A stretch of 64,000 nucleotides of DNA from an uncultured virus (IMG/VR IMGVR_UViG_2061766007_001169) (IMGVR_UViG_2061766007_001169), one strand, 5' to 3'. Counted from the first letter of the stretch, positions 39,812 to 50,392 are shown. Translations and numbers: made by a program. The notes: generated by a model not told the origin, from the letters alone.

Positions 39812-41741
39812 TGTGCTGCCGGAGGTGGACCTTGTACCCGTGGAGCGCAAGAGCGGCACGGAAAAGGGCATCGACCAGGTCATGCGCTCGTGTGTTTTCA
39901 TGCAGCATTGCCGCGACGACGCCGCGTCCTTGTCGGAGCATGACTGGTACGCCATGATCACGAACCTCGCTCCCTTTGAGGGAGGCACGAAGATGATCCA
40001 CGACCTGTCCGCTCCTTATCCCGGTTATAGCGAGGGCAACACACAGAAAAAGATCAATCACTTCCTGGAGAGCGGAACGAATCCCATCACCTGTAAGACT
40101 ATCTGCGAAAAGGGCTTCAAGTGTCCGAAGTTTGCAGCCGGCGAATGCCCGGTGAAGTCTCCTGCGGCGTGGTGCTATCAGCCGTTGTCCGCTGACGATC
40201 TTCTTGACATCCTGCACGGCATCCCCGTGACCGGCGAAGCAATAAAAGACCTGCAGGCAGCAAAACAGTTCGTGTCGGATTATCTGTATAACCAGGATGT
40301 GGTGACGGCGGACGTTATCATCAATTCCGAAATCCGCGACCATTTCAAGCTGAAGGCATCGTTCTTAAAATCGCTGAACATGGTATTCAAGGACGCCAGC
40401 AAAGCGTACCAGGCAAGTAAGAACGCAAAGAGAGCCAAGGCGGGTACGGCGATCCCCGACTGGTACGAGCCGACCGACAAGGGTCTGCGTTTTCTGCCCG
40501 GTGTGCTTGCAAAGGATATGTCCGATGGGCAGCAGGTGTTCTATGCGGCGGAGCAGCACTTCAGCTACCGTGGCGGCGTGTATGTCGAGATGTCCGAGAT
40601 GGAAGCTCAGCGACTCGTGCAGGAGAAGATGCTGATCCGCGAGACGAAGATGTCGCAGATCGTTGACGCTGAGAAGCAATGGCGGCTTCTGGTGCAGAGG
40701 GACATCCGCGAACTGAACGCAAATCCCTATATCATCAACGTCCGCAACGGATTATACAACGTGCTGGAGGATACGCTGACGGAACACACGCCGGATTACT
40801 ACTCTACGGTGCAGCTGAACGTGACCTACGACAAAAAAGCGGACTGCCCACTGTTTAAGAAGTTCCTTGCGGAGTCGATGGGCGGCGATATGGAGCAGGT
40901 CGGCCTGATACAGGAGATGCTCGGCTATTTCCTTATCCCGGTCAACTCGGCGCAGAAGTGCTTTGTTATCGTGGGCGTGGCGTCTGCCGGAAAGTCGGTG
41001 CTTTTGCGGGTGCTGAACGATGTGCTTCTCGGCAAGCAGAACGTGTCCAATGTATCCTGGCAGGCTCTGAACGAGCGGTTCAAGACGGCGGAGCTTTTTG
41101 GCAAGCTGGCTAACATCTTCGCCGACCTGCCCACGAAGAACATTGACGATAACGGCATCTTCAAGGCTCTTGTCGGCGAGGACTATCTGACCGTGGAGAA
41201 AAAGAACAAGAATCCGTTCTCGTTCCAGTCGAGCGCAAGGCTCCTGTTCTCCTGCAACAGCATACCGAAGAACTACGGAGACAGGTCGGAGGGCTTTTAC
41301 CGCAGGCTCATTATCATACGGTTCAATCACACCGTGCCGCAGGACAAGCGCGATCCCGAACTGTTGGAGAAGTTCCGCATGGAGGCGGACGGCATTTTCC
41401 TGTTCGCTTTGGAAGGGCTGCGCAGGCTGATGAACAATCACTATGTGTTCTCCGAGACGCAGGTCAACGCGGACGAGCTTCAGCAGTACCGCGAGGAGTC
41501 GGACTCCGTGCTGTCGTTCGTGAAGGACTACTGCGAACTGGACGCTGAGTATAGCGCTGGGTCCACGGAACTGTTCAATGCATATAAGGGGTACTGCGAG
41601 GAATGCGGGCTGAAACCGTACTCTCAGAAGAACTTCGTGCAGCAGATCACGGCGGCGTTCCCTGATGTGACGAGGGACATCGACCGTATGGCGAAAAGGC
41701 GCATTTTAATGGGGATAAGGCTCGGAGAGGTGCTGGGATGA
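39812..41741 (+). CDS. P4/D5-family primase-helicase (5' truncated by gap)
   Basis: INVRNG (D5_N), Walker A GVASAGKS, FSCN, GFYRR; Cys-rich N-terminal part. Confidence 0.9.
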
Positions 41742-41770
41742 TGAATCCCGGCGGCCTTTCCACGAGCATC

Positions 41771-41932
41771 TTCGGAACACGAGAACACGTTGGAACACCA
41801 AAATCCTATCTACCCATATATAAAACACATTTTTTATATACCTTAATTTTTCGCCACAAAAAATATATGAAAATGGGATTTCTCGTGTTCCATGTGTTCC
41901 AAGTGTTGAAAATACGGAGGTTTTTGGAACAG
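41771..41932 (+). repeat. Origin-like element, copy 2, directly downstream of the primase
   Basis: GGAACAC-GAGAACAC-GTTGGAACAC, AT-rich core, inverted GTGTTC repeats. Confidence 0.7.
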
Positions 41933-42057
41933 ATGAAAGAAGCGGACATTGTAAAAGCGATTATGAAGTACCTTAAGACCGTGCCGGGGTGCTTCTGCTG
42001 GAAAGAGCATGGCGGTATGTACGGGACGGCGGGCATTCCCGATATCATTGCCTGCAT
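41933..42057 (+). CDS. VRR-NUC domain protein, 5' fragment
   Basis: MKEADIVKAI..HGGMYGTAGIPDI; remainder seen at 42999-43144 and 43766-43974 (-). Confidence 0.8.
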
Positions 42058-42619
42058 NNNNNNNNNNNNNNNNNNNNNNNNNNNNNNNNNNNNNNNNNNN
42101 NNNNNNNNNNNNNNNNNNNNNNNNNNNNNNNNNNNNNNNNNNNNNNNNNNNNNNNNNNNNNNNNNNNNNNNNNNNNNNNNNNNNNNNNNNNNNNNNNNNN
42201 NNNNNNNNNNNNNNNNNNNNNNNNNNNNNNNNNNNNNNNNNNNNNNNNNNNNNNNNNNNNNNNNNNNNNNNNNNNNNNNNNNNNNNNNNNNNNNNNNNNN
42301 NNNNNNNNNNNNNNNNNNNNNNNNNNNNNNNNNNNNNNNNNNNNNNNNNNNNNNNNNNNNNNNNNNNNNNNNNNNNNNNNNNNNNNNNNNNNNNNNNNNN
42401 NNNNNNNNNNNNNNNNNNNNNNNNNNNNNNNNNNNNNNNNNNNNNNNNNNNNNNNNNNNNNNNNNNNNNNNNNNNNNNNNNNNNNNNNNNNNNNNNNNNN
42501 NNNNNNNNNNNNNNNNNNNNNNNNNNNNNNNNNNNNNNNNNNNNNNNNNNNNNNNNNNNNNNNNNNNNNNNNNNNNNNNNNNNNNNNNNNNNNNNNNNNN
42601 NNNNNNNNNNNNNNNNNNN

Positions 42620-42988
42620 AAGAGCCGACCCGTGTATGCGATGCACCGTGCGCAGCGACACGTTCAGCATCCGGGAGATCTCCTCCCAAGTACAGTCGTC
42701 AAGATAGCGGTAACGGAGTACCAGCTGTTCGTCACGGCTTTCCAGTTTATCTATCGCCGTGTTGATTTCTTCCTTGAGCCGTACAAGGTATGCGATCTTT
42801 TCCTCCACGCTCCGCTGAATCTCGTCTATCTTTTCAAGACACCTGACGAACGGAGCTTCTGTCGGACGGTTGGGACTGTGCGGCATTCCGTCAAACCTCA
42901 TGCCTGAGACGCTGCTCGATAATTCTTTCCAGTAGTCAATCTCACGCAGGCGGCAGTTGATGAGTGCGTCCAGGTGCCGCGCCTGGTT
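42620..42988 (-). CDS. ArpU/RinA-like late transcription regulator (fragment)
   Basis: LVLRYRY..TWEEISRMLNVSLRTVHRIHG.AL. Confidence 0.75.
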
Positions 42989-43154
42989 NNNNNNNNNNAC
43001 CGCCGGCCGCGAGGATTTTTCTGATAGTCGCTTCCTGGAGCTTCGTAGGCTTGCCACTTTCGGTCTTGACCTCGAATCCGTAGAAATGACCGTTAATGCA
43101 GGCAATGATATCGGGAATGCCCGCCGTCCCGTACATACCGCCATNNNNNNNNNN

Positions 43155-43328
43155 CGTTAATACCGAGAACCACCCGGAACGGAAGAACCTCTCGATCTCT
43201 TCCTTGTCCGCCATCGCCGTCCTGTTCCTCGGATTCGCCTTGAGACTCTTCAGAGCCATGCGGTAATCCTTCACGGCCTGCAATATGATGGCATTTGCAA
43301 GGTTCTCGTAATTTGTGATGTCGCTCAT
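43155..43328 (-). CDS. Hypothetical protein, variant fragment
   Basis: YENLANAIILQAVKDYR; near-duplicate of 43477-43704. Confidence 0.65.
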
Positions 43329-43476
43329 ATGCGTCTGCCTCCCTTTTTCGGAAATAGGCATTGCTGCAATGGAGCGATGTATCTTTGTATCAGCGCAGGG
43401 AGCCGTTTACCACGGTTCGCACCTCGTCCACCGAGCGTACCACCAGGGCNNNNNNNNNNCAGATATTCTTTTGCGG

Positions 43477-43704
43477 TCATGCGTCCACCTCCATTTGCAG
43501 GGAGCGGATCAGCATCTCGCCGTCAACACTTGTTAATACTGAGAACCAGTCAGAACGGAAAAACCTCTCGATTTCATCTTTGTCCGCCATTGCCGTCCTG
43601 TTCCTTGGATTCGCCTTGAGACTCTTCAGAGCCATGCGGTAATCCTTCACAGCCTGCAGGATGATTGCGTTCGCCAGATTCTCGTAATTTGTGATGTCGC
43701 TCAT
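43477..43704 (-). CDS. Conserved phage hypothetical protein
   Basis: MSDITNYENLANAIILQAVKDYR..ERFFRS.WF; GGAGG RBS. Confidence 0.75.
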   Translation of the reverse strand: MSDITNYENLANAIILQAVKDYRMALKSLKANPRNRTAMADKDEIERFFRSDWFSVLTSVDGEMLIRSLQMEVDA

Positions 43705-43765
43705 ATGCTTTTGCCTCCCTCTGTCGGAAATAGGCATCGTTGCAATGGAGCGATGTATCTTTGTA

Positions 43766-43974
43766 TCAGTGCAGAGAGCCGTTTACCACGGTTCGCACCT
43801 CGTCCACCGAGCGTACCACCAGGGCAGTGCCGCCGGCCGCGAGGATTTTTCGGATTGTCGCTTCCTGGAGCTTCGTAGGTTTGCCACTGTCGGTCTTGAC
43901 CTCGAATCCGAAGAAGTGTCCGCCAATGCAGGCAATGATATCGGGAATGCCCGCCGTCCCGTACATACCGCCAT
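43766..43974 (-). CDS. VRR-NUC domain protein, 3' fragment
   Basis: GIPDI..FEVK..PTKLQ..GG..VVRS. Confidence 0.8.
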
Positions 43975-44050
43975 NNNNNNNNNNATAAGACGAGCCTCGG
44001 AGGAGCGATCCTTCCGGGGCTTTTCTTATGCACGGAAGGAGGCGGCAACT

Positions 44051-44404
44051 ATGCCAAGAAAACCAAAGAGACCGTGCCGCTTTCCCGGCTGTCCGAACCT
44101 TACGGACGGCGTTTATTGTGAGGAACACGCAAAGCAGATGGAGCAGCACTACGAGAAGTTCCAGCGTGGGTATTCTCCCGGCAAACGTTACGGCAGAGCC
44201 TGGACACGCATCCGTAATCGGTACGCAAACAAGCATCCTCTCTGTGAGATGTGTATGAAAGAAGGTCGGTACGTTGCGGTCGAGGAAGTCCACCACATCG
44301 TGCCGCTGTCGGAAGGCGGAACGCACGAGGAGTCGAACCTTANNNNNNNNNNNNNNNNNNNNNNNNNNNACGAGAAAATACACAAAGAGCGCGGCGACCG
44401 CTGA
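44051..44404 (+). CDS. HNH endonuclease
   Basis: MPRKPKRPC..PLCEMC..VHHI..SNL. Confidence 0.88.
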   Translation: MPRKPKRPCRFPGCPNLTDGVYCEEHAKQMEQHYEKFQRGYSPGKRYGRAWTRIRNRYANKHPLCEMCMKEGRYVAVEEVHHIVPLSEGGTHEESNLXXXXXXXXXXEKIHKERGDR

Positions 44405-44409
44405 ACCCC

Positions 44410-44469
44410 AGGGGCGGTCAAAATCTCTGCGAGGGGCTTCTGCGGAAAACGGCGCGGGGCTTCGTGTGC
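44410..44469 (+). other. Putative cos/packaging region B
   Basis: 22-bp block identical to region A, same position. Confidence 0.55.
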
Positions 44470-44569
44470 GAAAAAAGCGNNNNNNNNNNNNNNNNNNNNN
44501 NNNNNNNNNNNNNNNNNNNNNNNNNNNNNNNNNNNNNNNNNNNNNNNNNNNNNNNNNNNNNNNNNNNNN

Positions 44570-45073
44570 TGAGAAATATGAAAACGGGAATCCCGGCGGC
44601 AGAAAGCTGGAGGTCTTGAACATCCCGGATACGCAGGGCGAGAATATGCCGGAGCCGCATGAGTTCCTCTCGGCAAGGCAGCATGACGGCTCCACGCTCT
44701 CCGCTGCGGATATCTACAGGGAAACATGGGAGTGGCTGGNNNNNNNNNNNNNNNNNNNNNNNNNNNNNNNNNNNNNNNNNNNNNNNNNNNNNAACTTTTG
44801 GAACGCTACGCCATGTGTTCTGCCCGATGGATCCAGTGTGAGGAGATGACTACAAAACTCGGATACCTCTCAAAGCATCCGACCACGGGCAAGCCTATCA
44901 CCTCGCCGTTTATTAATATCGGGATCAATTACATGAACCAGGCGAACCGCCTGTGGAATGAAATCTTCCAGATCGTCAAGGACAACTGTTCCACCGAGTT
45001 CGGCGGAACGAATCCGCAGGACGATGTGATGGAAAGGCTGCTGAAAGCCAGAAAGGGAATGAACGATGTTTGA
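44570..45073 (+). CDS. Terminase small subunit (partial, gaps)
   Basis: ARWIQCEE..KHPTTG..NPQDDVMERLL. Confidence 0.75.
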
Positions 45074-45851
45074 AAAAGTAAATCCTGCGCATCCTGACAA
45101 ACTCGCCGATCGCATCGCCGGGGCCATTGTGGATGCCGCATACCGAAAAGAAGAAAATCCGAAGATCGCCGTGGAAGTTCTGCTCGGTCACGGAATGTGT
45201 CACATTATCGCAGAGACTTCGGTACATATTCCAAAGGGTGAGATCGCGGAGATCGTCCGCCGTATCGCCGGGAATGTGAAGATCAGCATTCAGGAAGTGC
45301 CGCAGGACGGTCACCTTTCCAAAAACCAGTCTGAAGGGTTCCGCTGCGGAGACAACGGCATCTTCAAGGGCGCGCCTGTGACGGATGAGCAGAAAAAGCT
45401 GACAAGGATCGCCGCAGACATTTACAGCACATATCACGCTGACGGCAAGTATATCCTGGACGGCGAAAATCTGACTATCTGCCAGAGCAATGCGGATACG
45501 CAGCAGCTGAAGAAAGCATACAAGAAAGCCGTGGTCAATCCCCTCGGAGACTGGACGGGCGGCACGGACGTGGACACGGGAGCTACGAACCGGAAGTTAG
45601 GGTCCGACATGGGCGATTCCGTTACAGGCGGTGGCCTGCACGGAAAAGATCTCTCCAAGGCTGATGTGTCCGTGAACATCTGGGCATGGCTGAAAGCGAA
45701 AGAAACGGGAACAGCAGTAGAACTTTCCTGCTCCATCGGAGATGAGAAGGTCGGCGGCGTTCCTTATTCCGAAATCGTAGAGACAGCACGAAAGTACATC
45801 GAGGAACTCGGCGGCTTTGAGAAATTCGCAGAATGGGGGCTGATACGATGA
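45066..45851 (+). CDS. Short (261 aa) MetK-like protein
   Basis: HPDK, CGDNG, DTGATNRK, GGGLHGKD.SKAD; same position as metK in A. Confidence 0.8.
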   Translation: MFEKVNPAHPDKLADRIAGAIVDAAYRKEENPKIAVEVLLGHGMCHIIAETSVHIPKGEIAEIVRRIAGNVKISIQEVPQDGHLSKNQSEGFRCGDNGIFKGAPVTDEQKKLTRIAADIYSTYHADGKYILDGENLTICQSNADTQQLKKAYKKAVVNPLGDWTGGTDVDTGATNRKLGSDMGDSVTGGGLHGKDLSKADVSVNIWAWLKAKETGTAVELSCSIGDEKVGGVPYSEIVETARKYIEELGGFEKFAEWGLIR

Positions 45852-47113
45852 AGACAACGACAGATATGCAGCTTGTCCCTATCGCCAGGCTGATTCCATA
45901 TGTAAATAACGCGAGGACACACTCGCCGGAGCAGATCACAAAACTGCGATCCTCCCTTCGGGAGTTCGGCTTCATCAATCCTGTTATCATCGACCGTGAC
46001 TATGGCGTAATCGCCGGCCACGGTCGTATTCTTGCGGCGAGAGAGGAAGGCATCACGGAAGTGCCGTGTGTGTTCGTTGACCATCTGACGGAGGCGCAGA
46101 AGAAAGCCTACATCATTGCCGACAACCGTATGGCGATGGATGCCGGATGGGACGAGGAACTCCTGCGCGTGGAGATCGAGGCTCTGCAGGGCGCTGATTT
46201 TGATGTATTGCTCACAGGCTTTGACGAGAAAGAACTGACCGACCTGTTCAAGGATGAAAATGACTCCGGGGCAAGGGACGATGATTTCGACCTTACCGCT
46301 GCCCTTGAGAAGGCATCCTTCGTGGAACGCGGGGATATCTGGACGGTCGGAAGGCACCGTCTCATGTGCGGTGACGCCACATCCGCAGAGGACGTTGCGA
46401 AGCTGATGGACGGCAAGAAAGCCAACCTCATCGTGACCGATCCTCCGTATGGCGTGTCCTTCAAGAGTTCCAGCGGTCTTACCATACAGAATGATTCCAT
46501 GAAGGACGATGAGTTCTATGCCTTCCTGCTCTCCGCATTCAAGTGCATGGCTGACTCGCTCGAAAAGGGCGGCGCGGCATACATTTTCCATGCGGACACA
46601 GAGGGCTTGAACTTCCGAAAGGCGTTCATTGACGCCGGATTCCATCTGGCAGGCGTGTGCATCTGGGTGAAGAACTCCCTGGTGCTTGGGCGCTCGGATT
46701 ATCAGTGGCAGCACGAGCCTGTGCTTTACGGATTCCTGCAAAACGGCAAGCATCCGTGGTACTCCGACCGCAAGCAGACTACTATCTGGAATTACGACAA
46801 GCCCAAGCGCAACGCCAACCATCCGACCTCAAAGCCGCTCGACCTCCTGGGCTATCCGATCAGCAACTCCTCGCAGGAGAACGCCATCGTGATAGACACC
46901 TTCGGCGGGAGCGGCTCCACCATGATGGCTTGTCAGCAGACGAACCGCATCTGTCACATGATGGAACTGGATGAAAAATACGCATCGGTCATCCTCCGCA
47001 GAGCCGTGGAGAACGGTATCGCGCCGGAGGATATTTTTGTGGAGCGGGATGGGAAACAGATACCCTACGCCGACCTTGTGAAGGAGGTGGAACTCCCCGA
47101 TGGAACAGAATAA
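45848..47113 (+). CDS. ParB-like domain + N6/N4 DNA methyltransferase
   Basis: IAGHGR; TDPPY, HPTSKP, DTFGGSG. Confidence 0.9.
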   Translation: MKTTTDMQLVPIARLIPYVNNARTHSPEQITKLRSSLREFGFINPVIIDRDYGVIAGHGRILAAREEGITEVPCVFVDHLTEAQKKAYIIADNRMAMDAGWDEELLRVEIEALQGADFDVLLTGFDEKELTDLFKDENDSGARDDDFDLTAALEKASFVERGDIWTVGRHRLMCGDATSAEDVAKLMDGKKANLIVTDPPYGVSFKSSSGLTIQNDSMKDDEFYAFLLSAFKCMADSLEKGGAAYIFHADTEGLNFRKAFIDAGFHLAGVCIWVKNSLVLGRSDYQWQHEPVLYGFLQNGKHPWYSDRKQTTIWNYDKPKRNANHPTSKPLDLLGYPISNSSQENAIVIDTFGGSGSTMMACQQTNRICHMMELDEKYASVILRRAVENGIAPEDIFVERDGKQIPYADLVKEVELPDGTE

Positions 47114-49028
47114 ATTGACGCTCGGCAGCCTCTTTGACGGCTCCGGCGGTTTTCCTTTAGGCGGCTTGATTTCCGGCATTGCTCCCTTGTGGGCATCGGA
47201 GATCGAGCCGTTTCCTATTCGGGTGACCACCAAACGGCTGCCGTTTATGAAACACTACGGTGACGTGTCCGCCATCGATGGAGCGAAACTCCCTCCCGTG
47301 GACATCATCACCTTCGGCTCGCCGTGCCAGGACATGAGCATTGCGGGCAAGCGTGAAGGTCTGGACGGCAACCGCTCCGGGCTGTTTTATGAAGCCGTCC
47401 GAATCGTAAAGGAAATGAGGTGTGCAACCGATGGAAAATATCCGAGATACATCGTCTGGGAAAACGTCCCGGGCGCTTTCAGTTCAAACAAAGGCGAGGA
47501 CTTCAAAGCCGTCCTCGATGAGATCTGCCGGGTCAAGGACAGTGAAGCTGATACTCCTCGACCGAAGAAGTGGCCAAACGCAGGATGCATCATGGCAGAC
47601 GATTACTCCGTCGCATGGCGGGTATTTGATGCTCAGTACTGGGGAGTTCCCCAGCGCAGGAAACGCATCTACCTTGTCGCAGATTTTGCAGGCGGATGTG
47701 CCGGAAAAATACTATTTGAGTCCGAAGGCCTGTCTGGGTATACTCCGCAGGGCTTCCGCTCGTGGCAAGGAACTGCCGATCCTTCTTCGGAAGGCTCTGG
47801 AGAGGCAGGCGCTGTCTGCTTAAACGACCAGGGCGGCGACCGCATGGATGTGTCCGAGGATGTGGCGGGAACGCTCCGGGCGCAGGATCATGGGCATCCT
47901 CCCGTGGTCATGGGTGCTGCGGGCTTCTGCACCGAGCATTCGGCAAAGAGCCGTTCCATCGGATATGAGGAAGAGACCTCCCCGACGCTCCGGGCAGGCA
48001 CCGTTCCTGCTGCTGTTTACGAAAACCACAGCCAAGACACCCGATACACTGGTCCCGTCGATGTCGCTCCCACGGTCATGTCCACCTACGGCACCGGCGG
48101 CAACAATCAGCCCTTCGTGGTGGAAACACCAAAGACGCTGAAGATACGCTGCGGATGCGAAGGCGGCGGCAAGGGTGCGCTCATTCAGGATAACAAGTCC
48201 GCCACGCTCGGATGCAATAACGACCAGACTCTATTCGTTCCGACCGTTTACGGCATCTGCTCCAAGGACTCCAATGCCATGAAGTCTTCCAATCCCCACA
48301 GCGGGATTTACGAGGCGGATACCTCTCGGACGCTTGACGGCAACGGCGGCAATCCCTCCTGCAACCAGGGAGGTATGGCTGTCGTGGCTTTGGAAGGCAA
48401 CGGTGCAAGACCGTCACACAAGGGATGCGGTTATTCCGAGGAGGACGTCAGCTTTACGCTGAATGCTACAGAGCAGCACGGCGTAGCTTACGGCATCGAC
48501 CGTGCTACCTATAACATGGGACAGAACGCACGGTTCGGCATTGCGGTCGAGGAGGAAGTCGAGCCTACGATGGTGGCAAAGGGACCGGGCGCAGTCGCCC
48601 ATCCCGTCTATACCACGAGCAAGAACTCCTATCACACCGAGGCGGAGGAAGATGTGGCGAATACGCTGGTCGCTACGGATTACAAGGACCCGCCGACCGT
48701 ATCGGAGGAGCCTTACTATATCGTGCGCAGGCTCACGCCAATCGAATGCGCAAGGCTCCAGGGCTTTCCCGACTGGTGGTGTGATGACCTCGGAACGGAT
48801 GATCCTACCGATGAGGAAGTGGCGTTCTGGCGAGAGGTCTTTGAAACGCACCGTAAGGTCATGGGGACATCCTCCAAGCCGAAAACAGATGCCCAGATCA
48901 TCAAGTGGCTGAAAAGCCCTCACGCTGACTCTGCCGAGTATAAGCTGTGGGGCAACGGCGTCGCTCTGCCGTGCGTCCATTTCGTGCTTGCGGGCATTGT
49001 GTATTACTCACAGAATGAGGGCTTGTGA
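47100..49028 (+). CDS. C5-cytosine DNA methyltransferase with long modular variable region
   Basis: All C5-MTase motifs; 642 aa. Confidence 0.93.
   Translation: MEQNKLTLGSLFDGSGGFPLGGLISGIAPLWASEIEPFPIRVTTKRLPFMKHYGDVSAIDGAKLPPVDIITFGSPCQDMSIAGKREGLDGNRSGLFYEAVRIVKEMRCATDGKYPRYIVWENVPGAFSSNKGEDFKAVLDEICRVKDSEADTPRPKKWPNAGCIMADDYSVAWRVFDAQYWGVPQRRKRIYLVADFAGGCAGKILFESEGLSGYTPQGFRSWQGTADPSSEGSGEAGAVCLNDQGGDRMDVSEDVAGTLRAQDHGHPPVVMGAAGFCTEHSAKSRSIGYEEETSPTLRAGTVPAAVYENHSQDTRYTGPVDVAPTVMSTYGTGGNNQPFVVETPKTLKIRCGCEGGGKGALIQDNKSATLGCNNDQTLFVPTVYGICSKDSNAMKSSNPHSGIYEADTSRTLDGNGGNPSCNQGGMAVVALEGNGARPSHKGCGYSEEDVSFTLNATEQHGVAYGIDRATYNMGQNARFGIAVEEEVEPTMVAKGPGAVAHPVYTTSKNSYHTEAEEDVANTLVATDYKDPPTVSEEPYYIVRRLTPIECARLQGFPDWWCDDLGTDDPTDEEVAFWREVFETHRKVMGTSSKPKTDAQIIKWLKSPHADSAEYKLWGNGVALPCVHFVLAGIVYYSQNEGL
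47431..47823 (+). CDS. Overlapping +1-frame polypeptide inside the C5-MTase gene (130 aa)
   Basis: GAGGTG (47417-47422)-8 nt-ATG; conserved with 35523-35915. Confidence 0.7.
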   Translation: MENIRDTSSGKTSRALSVQTKARTSKPSSMRSAGSRTVKLILLDRRSGQTQDASWQTITPSHGGYLMLSTGEFPSAGNASTLSQILQADVPEKYYLSPKACLGILRRASARGKELPILLRKALERQALSA

Positions 49029-49067
49029 TCGGGTACTTATTCTACATCGAAAGATCCCGTTATTTGC

Positions 49068-49098
49068 TTGCTATTTCCGAGCTTTAGAGTGATGTATA
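49068..49098 (+). promoter_or_regulatory. Promoter-like motif copy
   Basis: TTGCTA-N12-AGAGTGATGTAT. Confidence 0.6.
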
Positions 49099-49145
49099 TA
49101 CATGCCGAAAGGCACAGAAAACAAGCGAAAACGGAGGTAAACACA

Positions 49146-49853
49146 ATGCAGGTCAACTACAACGTAACAGGCGCACAGCGCAAGGAACTGGTGAAGGTCA
49201 TCGCCGATGCTACGGGAGCAAAGGCAAAGTACATGGGAATGCCCACGGCAGCCTACGAGATCGACTATTTCACGGTCACCAAAGACGGAACGCTCCTCTT
49301 CGATGACCGTGCCGACAGCGAGGAGGTCGAGCAGGTGCTTGAAGCCATCGCCGCCGCAGGTTTTGAATGCGAGGCGCAGGAAGGCTTCGAGGAAGAATCC
49401 GAAGAGCCGACCGAAATCGCGCCACAGGACGCCACAGACGGGCTTACGGTTGAAATGCCGAGGAACTTCTTCACGGAAACCGCGCTCGACAATCTGAAGC
49501 GGATCGTGGAAAGCAAGGCGGCGCTCATCAAGAAGGCGGTCGGTGCGGATGACCTCCCCATCGAGGTGACAGACGAGAAGGTTTCCTTCCCCTGGTTTGC
49601 CGAGGTCGATGCGGACGCGGTTCACGCCTACACCAATTTTATCAGCAAGCTGTCCGAGATGGCGAAGAACGCCACGAGGGTGACGGCGACCGAAAAGGCA
49701 GTCGATAACGAGAAATACGCATTCCGGTGCTTTCTCCTCCGCCTCGGCTTTATCGGAGCGGACTACAAGACCGACAGAAAGATCCTGCTGAAGAACCTCA
49801 CAGGTTCCTCGGCTTTCAGAAACGGAGGTGCTGACCATGAGATTTCCGAATAA
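49146..49853 (+). CDS. Phage 'virulence-related' hypothetical protein
   Basis: Homolog of 33610-34326. Confidence 0.75.
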   Translation: MQVNYNVTGAQRKELVKVIADATGAKAKYMGMPTAAYEIDYFTVTKDGTLLFDDRADSEEVEQVLEAIAAAGFECEAQEGFEEESEEPTEIAPQDATDGLTVEMPRNFFTETALDNLKRIVESKAALIKKAVGADDLPIEVTDEKVSFPWFAEVDADAVHAYTNFISKLSEMAKNATRVTATEKAVDNEKYAFRCFLLRLGFIGADYKTDRKILLKNLTGSSAFRNGGADHEISE

Positions 49854-50232
49854 AGAAACTGTGGAGCGCATCCGCAGACAGTACCCTGCAGGGACACGGG
49901 TGGAACTCGTGAAGATGGACGATGCGCAGGCTCCCGCTCCCAGCACGAAAGGAACGGTCGAGGGCGTGGATGATACGGGATCGCTCCTCATGCATTGGGA
50001 CAACGGCAGCGGACTGAACGTGGTCTACGGCGAGGATATCGTAAAGAAGCTCGATACCGTTACGACCATCTGCTATAAGGAGACAAAGGTGTGGGATTCC
50101 CGCAAGGATGCCGCCGACTTCTTCCTGCAGGCCATTGCAGGCTCGGAAGGCGCGGAGTGCGAACGCTATACCACCATCTACGCAAAGCTGGTATCGGGAT
50201 TGGAGGTGTGCAGTGATGACGCAGACGATTAA
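49837..50232 (+). CDS. DUF4314-like protein with C-terminal extension
   Basis: Homolog of 33402-33626 plus ~57 aa. Confidence 0.72.
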   Translation: MRFPNKETVERIRRQYPAGTRVELVKMDDAQAPAPSTKGTVEGVDDTGSLLMHWDNGSGLNVVYGEDIVKKLDTVTTICYKETKVWDSRKDAADFFLQAIAGSEGAECERYTTIYAKLVSGLEVCSDDADD

Positions 50233-50392
50233 GGAACAAATCCTCGCCATCCGCGACACCGGGCTTACCAATATGTTCGATGTGAACATGGTGCAGCACC
50301 TTGCCTATGAACGGGACTTCTACGAACTGGTGACCTTCCTCGAAGAGAACCGCAAGGAATACGTGCATTTCATCCTCTACGGCGAGGAGTAA
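50216..50392 (+). CDS. DUF5049-like small protein
   Basis: ILAIRDTGLTNMFD..Y..FILYG; GGAGGTG RBS. Confidence 0.7.
   Translation: MTQTIKEQILAIRDTGLTNMFDVNMVQHLAYERDFYELVTFLEENRKEYVHFILYGEE

Noticed and set aside
41771..41932. GAAC/GTTC repeats as LexA boxes
   Set aside because: They do not form the Firmicutes GAAC-N4-GTTC palindrome; arrangement fits iterons
41738..43144. Long ORFs spanning the ~560-N run
   Set aside because: Artefacts of translating through N; they fuse unrelated fragments
39786..44000. Two prophages arranged head-to-head around one shared replication module
   Set aside because: The junction is made of small gap-bounded contigs in conflicting orientations (VRR-NUC on both strands), so orientation is unverifiable
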